From Polymyxa betae A26-41 (taxonomy: Eukaryota > Protista > Endomyxa: Phytomyxea), in assembly GCA_003693705.1 (NCBI GenBank), contig RBZT01000474.1, positions 1 through 39,892 on the forward strand: a stretch of DNA of 39,892 bases, read 5' to 3'. Positions 30,950-39,892 of the stretch are shown piece after piece. Every line of letters starts with the position of its first letter. Position 1 is the stretch's first letter. A program made the translations under genes and the position numbers. The notes beneath the pieces are model-generated. The model saw nothing but the letters and a program-made list of their open reading frames with translations, ran no database searches and had not been told where the DNA came from.

Positions 30950-33900
30950 ATAAAAGTTTATTTGCTCTGTTCGAGTCTTCCCATTCGAATTATGAAGTAA
31001 CCTTTGACTCCCTCGATTTTTCCCAGCATAAAATTGCAAGGGTTGACATTATCCAATAGCACCCACCTACACCATTTATTGTTCTCTGTCGTGTTCATTG
31101 GTTCAACTAGAGGGAGGCTGGTCTCTTCATCAGTTGTAAAGGCAGGATTTGAAGATCTTGGAAGAGACTGGAACCAATCAACCTATGCAATGGTCATTAC
31201 TGGCATCTCTTCCATTATTGACATCTTTGTAAACCAATTAACAGCACAAAACCAGTGATCTGTTCCGCTGGCTCTGGTTGAGTCGATTTTGACCTGCATG
31301 ATATGATTGCAGGTTTTCAACGATCGTTTTTCTTCGTATTCGCGGGATCGAAAGAGCTTTCCTTTGTGTCGCACTCGTTTGATTGTCAGAATTTCTCCTA
31401 AATCGTTTTTGTAAAAAGTCATTGCAGGTTAGGTGAAAGCCAGGAAATCTGAAGAAAACACTTCTTGTATTGAAGATTAAACAAACAATTGGCAGTAACT
31501 ACTCAGCGTATCGAATTCTAATAAAGACAATCTGTTAAAATAACACTGTCCCAAACATTTAGAGTTGCTTCCATGACGATTACTACAGCGAAGCTTACCT
31601 TTTAAAGCATTCAGGAGATTCTCCTGGAAGCCCTCTCTCCCTAAAAATTGTAGCAGATCAGAATGGTGACGCTGGAAAAACGCTATCGGCTGTTGAGTTA
31701 GCTGTTGCTGTGAGAAACGCTTGATAAGGCCCTGATTGAAAACTTCAACCGAATGTCGATACTGCTCGATCTGATTGAAAAGTTCTTCATGTAACTTTCC
31801 TGAATAAAAATCGTTGGAATCTGTTTGACTGCAATCAATGAAGTAATCTAGTACCTAACTGCAAATCTTGAACTTTAATATCACCGGAGTGGTTGCCAAT
31901 TCATCATCGGTTTTGCTTTCATCGGCATCTTATGATTCTCCAAATGTCCACAGCCTATCTGAGCTGTAGGGAAATTGCTGATGGTATTCACGCCTATGCA
32001 AAAAGTGGGATCAGTATTTTGCTTGGTAGATACTGCCATCATACCGGAAGCACGATATCACCACTTGTTCTGAGTAGTTGTTCATTATGTTGACTGATTG
32101 CCCTCGGCTAGCGTGATTCATGGACTTCAATGGTCTCATAAACCGCTCCAACAAAAAATTCCAAGATGTTCCAGTTAGAAGCCCCAAATCTTGTAGAATA
32201 AGAGGCACAATATGCAGCATAAAGTGCACCGGTAGAGTCATGTACATGCTGTGGAGTTTCTGAAAATTTTGAACTGTGAGTGAAGACGTTTTCCAGTCCC
32301 AAATTCAAGCAGCTTACCTCTTCCAGCACTGTCAGGCTTTCTGTTATTTTCAGCTGTAGGATTTCAAGTTGGGAACGCTTCAAAATGGAGCAAATTATCT
32401 GTGAAAGGCAGTCAAAAAAACCATACAGGGCTTTCTGAACAGCTTTTACGTCTCCAGTCTTTTGATTTAGCCTGCCTAAAACCTGTTCTGAATTCCTTGC
32501 CTCAGCAGTGAAGACGAGGCCAGATCCACCACTTTCGTGGTCTAGGGATTCCACTAGAGTCCTAACCACGTTCTGCAGTTTTGATTAAAAATCTTGTGAC
32601 AGCAAATAATACAAGTCTTTGACTTACGCCTAGGTGATGCATGAAATCAGATTTATACTGCCTGCTTGGGTCCCATCCTGAGCTCAGGGTTTCCGTTAAC
32701 GCGTCAACTCTATATTGCCCTGGTCCTGAACTTTTGTATGGATGTTTCTTGTCGGATTTACGATCGTAAGGCTTGATCGTCCCTTTGGCTTTGCGAGCGA
32801 CACCGCTATGAGCCTTGGCATTGCGCTCATTTTTCTTCCCCAGCTCATAACGAGAAGCGTTTTGGCCTGTAAAACAGTTGATCGGATAAGTAAACTTTCT
32901 TTCAACTTAATTCAGTTACCTGCTTCCACTATTGAATCTTTCGTCCAAAAACATGGCGTAGGCGATTTCATATGCAGATTCAAACAATTCGGAATCAGGG
33001 CACGCTTACGAAACTGATGATGCTTAGGTAAGAACGCAAACGAGCCTAGCCGGCATGTTCGCTGCCCACTGACGACACCTTCAATTGAGCATATACAGGC
33101 TCCATGTCGGCTGTTGTGACCAGCTTTTCTCATGGCCTTTGCAAAAGCTGGCAGGTCGCCCATGCTGCGCATCAACTTGACTTTGATCTGATCACACAGC
33201 ATCTTAATTTGACCATGACAAGTTGACAACTGTGTTCTTCTTAGCCATTCCTTATTATAAGTCGGTTAGTAACCGAATCGAAAATACACAATTCCCTCTG
33301 GTTGATAACATTGAGCTCATGAGCAATCAGTTTGAGAAACGCTTGGCTTGAGAAATATGAACAGGAGGTCATCATAACTGAAGAGGGTTTGCAACGGGCA
33401 GAGGGCGGCAGAGTAAGATAGGAGAAGAGATGCGGCCAGATTGATACCTTTGATGAATTGTGCACTCGAGCTCCATCAAACCAATGCGCCAATGCCAGTA
33501 CCATCGTTTCCACATTAGATGATATTTGTACACATAGAGAGCTCTCCAGTGGCTTCCAGATGAAAAGGAACGTAGTGATCGTAGAAAAGGTTTCCATGCA
33601 CCCAATCTGACATTATCTCTTCTCTCTTGTTCGTTGCCTTGAAGTCTCTGACTAGGTCGTCGATTTCCGAAAACCCGGAACGAAAGAGAGCAGCGATTGA
33701 CGGGAACGCGAATCGGATCTGCAAAACACTTGATCATTTTCAAATTCGACAACACTCGTAAACATTTGAAACCTGTATATCATATGATATCGGCCAATAC
33801 AGAAACGATTTTGATTTCTGTCTTGATGTGTGACATTCAGGACACTCTTGCTCGTTTTCCAAGTCCAGAATGAATATGCAGTGTCCATTCGGGCATGATT

Positions 33901-34740
33901 CCAAAAGTATTGGCTTAAAATTCAGGAAGAGATCCCCTCAAAACGGTTTTCTTGGCTTGATCCCATCCTTCAGGGAAATTCCGATACATTCCCATGGCTT
34001 CTCCAGTCTGGGGGTCTGGCCGCATCGACATTTCCAAAAGATACAATTTTTTATCAGCTCGTCGAAACTTTTTCGGTTAATCCCTGATCTTAAGCGTTGA
34101 TCTGCAAATTGCATGATCTTAATCTTGATTCTCTCTAGATGCTGTAATGAGGGGATGTCAAGCTCATCAATTTGGTTCTGATGAATGACCGATCGAGTTT
34201 GGAGCAACCTTCGCCCATTGTTCATAGTCTTCGCTATGCATTGATCGAATTTGAACTTCACATCGGCCATTGGATCAATATACACTCCATTGTGGTTTAA
34301 ATCAGCTTCGTGGATTGAGCTTATCGAACTTGTTCGGTTATCCGAAAGGATGGCCAGCTCTGGAGAATTGGTAACGTTGCTATTCTCTGGATTCGCACTT
34401 GATAGTTGATTGTCAGATTGGGCGTCATTCGCAGAAAGTGCCAAATCGATTTCAATATCGATACTTGCTCCAGCAGTGCCAAGTTCGCTAGACACTGACA
34501 CATTGTCGACCGTGCTTTCTGATAAGCCACACGTTCCGAAACTTACGATATTGATGACGCGTTGTCTTCTACATGCCTAGACATATTTTGGTCTGCCCAT
34601 TCATGTGCAGAAAAGGTGTCGGGGTGAACCAGCTTTCCATCGCATCGATGAGATAGACAGTAGCACTTCAGCTGCATTCCACATTTAGTTCTCTTGGCTC
34701 TACGCCGGATCATATTCGACAATAACGATTCCAATACCAT
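30950..34740 (-). pseudogene. CACTA/EnSpm transposase, with many stops and frameshifts
   Basis: CYCLSHRCDGKLVH; WFDGARVHNSSKVSIWP...TLPPSARCK; GDLPAFAKAMRKAGHNSRHGACIC; VHFMLHIV...WNFLLERFMRPLK. Boundaries are approximate. Confidence 0.85.
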
Positions 34741-34789
34741 TCGATCTCAGAGAGTACCTCAGATTTGTATTGAATCAATTCGACATCTA

Positions 34790-35793
34790 TCAATTTTTCA
34801 TACTTCGTTTCTCAAGATGTTTGATTAGCTCAGATCGGGTTGTTAACCCTTGAAGTGTTTTGATATCAAACCCAACATGGTCTGTTTTCTCACGACGCTG
34901 GTATTCGTCGTAAACCGACTCCAAAAGTCTTCCCAGTGTGTCTGACGGGAAGTCGTATTCGGTTGTGACGGTGTCTTCAACAACAGGCTCTGCGATGGCA
35001 GCTTGGTTTTTCAGTCTAGCATTTTCTTTGCTTTTCATATCGGAGAATTTCGCAGACAGCTCTATAAACGAACAAAGACACTCACGAGCGACGTCCTAAA
35101 TTTGTTCAGCTTACCTTTATGAACCAGCTCTTTGTTAGCCCTGGCCTTCGGAAACTTGCGGTTAATCTCATTCAACAAACGTTCAGCGTCAGCCTCGATT
35201 GTCTCAGGTTTCATTCTAGGAAACGGTTTGTCGAACGTTCAATCACTCAGAATTTCATGTCTTACTTTTGGAACTTGATTTGATCTCGAATCAACTGGCA
35301 CATCAGCCTTCGCTCCGGGGTCATTGACTTGGCAGTCTCCAATTTCAGTTCATCAAGCTCGTCCCTAGTGAGCGGTTTATTCTTTTCACGGTTCCAATAC
35401 ACATCAGGGTTTTCAGATAATGTGAGGTCGTCAGATCGCACTCGCTTTCTACCTATAGAATTTGACGGTCAGATGCCTGCAAAACCCGATGACTTCAGCA
35501 GGTAGACCCTTCTTAGGAATTTCGTAACGAATATCATTGAGATCAGCGATGAAACGTAATCCTTTGCTGAGAACTTCTTCATTGGAACCACTAGTTCGGA
35601 CCAATGGGATTTCTGTTTTTGCCAAAACCCTGGTCACTCGAACAGCACGATGTGTTCGCAGATCTACATCTTCACAATGGACCCTAACGCAATGCTCCCT
35701 TGCATCGATCTCAGCAACAAGGAGTTCCACCCTGGCCACCGGCTCATTGTTGATTACGTAAAATCCTTCGGTGCCTGCTGCAGCTGTGTCCAT
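34790..35793 (-). pseudogene. Unassigned accessory ORF of the CACTA element, probably spliced
   Basis: Co-oriented ORF fragments upstream of the transposase; candidate 53-nt GTAAGC...TATAG intron at 35062-35114. Confidence 0.4.
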
Positions 35794-37629
35794 TGAATCA
35801 AAAACGATAAAGCTCTTGCAAACTTGGTCTTACGCAAAAGTAAATCTCTGCATTCCCGCCTAACTACAGGCATCTGTGTTTATTAACAATAGATGAGAGC
35901 GACCTGAATTTTCTTGAAGTGATTGCTCGAAATGCAAGTGACCGAAATACTGTTAAATTTCAATTGAATCAGCAAGGAATCTTCTAATCTGAAATTGGCG
36001 ATTTGTGTGACTTAAATTTCATATGAATGTGTCACATCTGACTGCTCACATTTTATATGAGACCTTTTCGTATCAATTTAAACCAGCAATTGATAGTTGC
36101 GCAGTCCGTGGCGGACCACTGTACCTAGTGTTATTGAATACCTCTTGGCTTGATGTCAACCTCAAACTTCGTCGCATCCAAAAAGGCATCGAAGCCACAC
36201 ACCCACACCTGCCCGACCAAGAGCTTGACTTCAGATCTGGCCGGGCATTGGGCCCCTGCGGTTCTTACAAGGTGCTGAACACGATAAAGAAGATGTGATG
36301 TTCGGCTCTCAGTACGAGGGCAGGTCGCCTGAAATAATGGATGACCTCCCAACTGTTTTATCGACTGTTTCTTTTGTTATCTGCCGCTATAAATCAAGGA
36401 CGTCATAAGCGTAAATGGGCGATGAGAACCGTACATGCGTATTGCGGTGTCTCAAAGCCAAGTGTAAAATCCATACGGCCCGAGCTTAGGGTGCTTAATA
36501 CTGGTGGATCTTGGCTGCTGACGGAATAACGCTGTATAGTAACCAGACTGGAGTACTGTTCTCGTATTCGAGGGCTGGTCTCCTGAAATAACGGATGACC
36601 TTCATTTCTGTGCTACGTGCTAATTGTGTCCCGCGCGTTCCACCATCAAGGCTCACTTTCAAAGCTTCGACTATCAAATGCCGGTAAACTGTATTCGACA
36701 TTGCCTTTAAACGTGTTTATAGATGATATCAAAATCAAGAGGGTGGATATCGCGATTTGTATGAGATTTGTGTATTTCGACCTGCAATATTTAGTAATAA
36801 AAATGCACGACTTTTAAGAAAGCTGGATAAAGTCACCTCATCAATTGTCGAATATAAGCAAAGCTGCGGTTTTCTGTGTTTGCATGCGAACTCAAGGCCT
36901 TTTCTGCAAAACATCAGTTTATCGTATTCCGCAATGTACAGCAAATGTTCTTCCAATCTATGCAATAACAAAAATGCGTAACCACGCATTTCCTATGATT
37001 TTCTGCCTCTGTACACCTGCGAATTTTCGGGGTCCAATTGGCAGGGCAAACGTAGAAAAAAGCAGATTCACGGAGTTGCGGTGCAGGTATCCTTGTCTCC
37101 GGTATCCTCAGTCCTTTGTCCGCGTCCTCTCTGACCGGAACCGTTATCATTTCCTCAACGTCCTCGCCGACCGCGCCGGTTCGCGTCCGCGCTCATCGCA
37201 GTTTGTGGAAACGTTTCGCAATCCTCCAATAAATTCGATCACCTCTCCGCGTCCTTCAGCTTGGTAATCAACTCCGCCCTGGAACTCGGCGGGCTGTTCA
37301 ACAGGCATTCAACCGTCATGTTGTACCGCGGGTCGCGCTTGGCCGCCATCAAAATTGCAGTGAAATAATCTACGTCCGAGACATCGCCTCCTCCGGCCGC
37401 CTTGATCTTTCAGACCAACTCGTTCATGTCTTTCGCGAATTCCTCGATCGTCTGCTTCTCCCGTAAATTCGCCTGACAAAACTCCGATCTCAAGCTGAAG
37501 ATGTTCAGGGCATTACTTGATCTGTGGACATTCCGAAGTGCAATCCATGCCTCTGCCGGATGTGTAATTCCATAAATATACTCTAGCTGACTCTCCTCTA
37601 CAGCACTGACAATCAACGATTGACAAATA

Positions 37630-38651
37630 TCACACACCGACCCAAGGAGTATCGAGTATGCGGAATCTAGCCTGCAAAACTCCAAACGCACGCTCGACAT
37701 CCTTACGTACGTCTTCTTGCCTGTTAGCGAACACACGATCCTTAGCTCGAACAGGATTGGAAATAGTTTTTATGAATCCTGCCCAATCGGGATAGATGCC
37801 ATCCGCCAGGTAATAAGGCGTATGGTATTGTGTGTTGTTCACTTCGAATGGCACATCTGGCAAAGTTCCATCAACGAATGCCTGAAAAACGCTTGACTTG
37901 TCCAGTACATTGATATCGTTGGATTATCCTGGAATACCAAATAAAGCGTGCCATATCCACAGGTCTCCCGAAGCGACGGCTTCTAAAATGACTGTAGGGT
38001 ATCCATAACGGCTTCGATACTGTCCCTGCCACGCTTTAGGGCTGTTTTTCCAGGCCCAATGCATGCAATCAATGGAGCCCAGCATACCAGGGAATCCTCG
38101 GGCATCATTCATCTTGAATACTCGCTCATATCCTCTGAGGTTGGAGATCTCAAATATTGTTTCCCAAAAACTGCAATCACTCCCGAACAAAAACGCTTTA
38201 AACTCTCCAAAGCCACCGTTTCCGATAATTCAAGGTTTTCTTCAAGGGAATCTGCTGGCGTGGCGTAAGCTAACAAGCGAATTGCTGCAGTTACTTTGAG
38301 ATAGCTAGAGATTCCCAATTTTCCCAATGCATCGGTTTTTTGTACAAAATACTGGTCATGGAGAAGAAGCGCATCGTGAATCCGGATGAACAGATCCTTG
38401 CACATTCGGAAACGACGTCGAAAATCTGCTCCAGGATACAATGGATTTTGGGCGAAATAATTTCTCCATAAATGTTCATGAGCTTGCTCCCGATTTTTAA
38501 GAATATTACCATCCTTTCCGGGCAATGAACCGCCTCGGGAACCAGCAACAGGACCCTGTAAACGGAATTCATCTTCCAATTGTTGGTATTGGAATGAAAA
38601 CACCGAGAACTGCTCTATGTCTTCGTCAGACGACGAGTCAATGACTCTCAT
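37630..38651 (-). pseudogene. PIF/Harbinger transposase (Plant_tran/ALP1-like), frameshifted and C-terminally truncated
   Basis: FRRRFRM, AIRLLAY, RGFPGMLGSIDCMHWAWKN, TVILEAVA, YYLADGIYP, RKDVERAFGVLQARF. Confidence 0.95.
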
Positions 38652-38792
38652 TGTACGATAGAGGAATAAAAGTCCAAAATGGCAGTCTCCGCGCTGGCAC
38701 CCCCACGCACACAGGCTGCCATTTTTTCTGCGCGCAGCCCTTTTCGCAGAAAAGTAGCAGCCGGGATAGCCGCCGCGGTGGGTCTGCTCTAA

Positions 38793-39431
38793 GAGAAGAA
38801 ATAAAACGAGGTACCCTCGACCTTCAGTGGGTATGCACATCGGATAATATAGCCGACATTTTCACAAAGGCTCGAACGAAACCCCGTTTCCAGGAACTAA
38901 GGCAGCGACTGAACATCGTGCCAGGTACTCGACTTCAGCTATAAACGGTTTGGTGTTTTAGTGGTAATGTCCGTGTGGACTGAGCCCCACTGTACTCAGC
39001 ACACAAACTGCGTGAGTCTCCGTCAATGGATTTCACTTTTTCCGTTACAGCTCAAATCGAGAGCAATTTCACATCCTGATCTTTTCCAGTCCACATTCCT
39101 TCAAAGTATGAACTGAGGGGGCGTGTTGACGATAATTTGCTGGATTCCGGCCACGTTTTCTTCCGTAAGTCCGTAGACGGCATGACACTTCAGCAACTAC
39201 ATCCTCTGTCATGGGACGCCACGTCAGCAATGCCCATATAAGGAACTGGCCATATATCGAGGATTTCAGGATTCTCATCCCGAGTGGAGACGCCACGTCA
39301 GCACGACAGCCACGGCGTCCGAATCAAGAAACGATTCTACCCGGATGCAGCCGGAAATAAACACTCACTCTCAATTCTCTCATTCAAAGAACGTGTGTCT
39401 CGTTCGTTCTTTATCAATCCAACATCTAACA
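38793..39431 (+). mobile_element. Copia element J 3' end: RNase H tail, 3' UTR, PPT and LTR (39124 to 39424 or 39431)
   Basis: REEIKRGTLDLQWVCTSDNIADIFTK. PPT TGAGGGGGCG followed by TGTTG. Two possible ...AACA ends. Confidence 0.88.
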
Positions 39432-39892
39432 TATCTTTGGACATATTGGGCCACTAAAAATATTGACTCTATTTGGTACATGCTGCCTGATACCCTAGAT
39501 GCACACTATTGCCACCCGCATGAGCAACGATACACAATCTTATTTTAAGATCCCTAGCTTCTAGAAAAATCCTGACTCTGCCCGTTTTTGTTAATAACAG
39601 ACAAGCATTAGAATCTATGTTAGGTCCGAAATACTGTTCCTGGAATGAACGAATTTCATCAACTTCTGGCCAAATTAAACAAACTCTATCTTCTGCAATG
39701 GCTTCACTCTGAATTCAGCTGGAACACTACTAACAGTTCTAGATGAGAGTGTTTTCGGATTTCTACTATCTCTGTTGTGGGATCTGTTCCCCAACGTGTC
39801 AACAAATCTGACCAAACATTTTCTTCACCTCTGTTATAATGTATCTGATTGTTGAACTTCAGAATCTCCAAAGCCCAATGCTGCAGTTTCTG
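39432..39892 (-). pseudogene. Decayed Gypsy pol fragment related to B (RNase H end to integrase Zn finger)
   Basis: Manual translation KLQHWAL...GEENVWSDLLTRWG...DLKIRLCIVAHAG...WPNMSKD parallels B's KLHRWSL...NVWADMLTRW...DLQLRLMIIAHCG...WSSMRAD. Confidence 0.8.

Larger units (their letters stand above)
28382..37083 (-). mobile_element. CACTA/EnSpm (CMC) DNA transposon, 8.7 kb, both ends present
   Basis: TIRs CACCGGAACTGCG and CACCGCAACTCCG (11/13). 3-bp TSD CAG (28379-28381, 37084-37086). Internal transposase. Confidence 0.9.
27362..37630 (-). mobile_element. Copia element K: gag and protease only, 3' LTR 27362-27663, 5' end deleted, split by the CACTA element
   Basis: LTR TGTTGAA...TTCCAACA with PPT CAGGTGGGAG. 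Protease WLLDSGASCHM...VLFVSGLTENLIS (27900-28372). UBN2-like gag 37087-37630. The knuckle CHKCGQKGHW is restored by removing the CACTA element. Confidence 0.85.
21154..38789. mobile_element. PIF/Harbinger element ends enclosing nested insertions
   Basis: Left TIR GAGCA(21154-21158)+GACCCACCGCGTCGGCTAT(26985-27003) matches the right TIR 38766-38789 at 23/24. TAA lies outside both ends. Myb/SANT-like ORF start (+) and Plant_tran transposase (-) are convergent. Confidence 0.8.

Noticed and set aside
20743-39436. F and J as two ends of one element with TSD TATCC/TATCT
   Set aside because: The LTRs are unrelated and oppositely oriented, and the DNA after J is Gypsy pol, not the Crypton continuation.
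1-39892. RIP-type hypermutation
   Set aside because: LTR-pair differences include many transversions and GC content is not depleted; the decay looks like ordinary substitutions and indels.

Overview
This window is eukaryotic DNA made almost entirely of nested, mostly decayed transposable elements. I recognise no intact host gene, RNA gene or CRISPR array. The mix of CryptonF, WIDD-type chromodomain Gypsy, Plant_tran Harbinger, CACTA and TTTAGGG-like repeats suggests an oomycete or plasmodiophorid-like protist, but the host is uncertain. Layout from left to right: (1) 3' half of Copia A (1-3175). (2) A 640-bp TIR element (3444-4083). (3) A CryptonF/NDC10-like tyrosine recombinase pseudogene in three pieces (4769-5517, 16928-17258, 20535-20747). 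(4) Chromovirus C splits the Crypton and itself hosts full-length Gypsy B in its LTR, a 70-bp perfect palindrome insertion and a 210-bp TA-flanked MITE. (5) Chromovirus D, Gypsy E and Copia F also interrupt the Crypton. (6) PIF/Harbinger ends at 21154 and 38789 enclose full-length Gypsy G, gag-protease-only Copia K, and an 8.7-kb CACTA element inserted in K. (7) The 3' end of Copia J sits in a B-like Gypsy fragment. The best lead is Gypsy G, a non-chromovirus with a 4-bp TSD. It has no tRNA PBS; instead a 16-nt post-LTR sequence is perfectly complementary to its predicted transcript start, which is Tf1-style self-priming architecture outside the clade where it is established. All coordinates and mismatch counts were read by hand.
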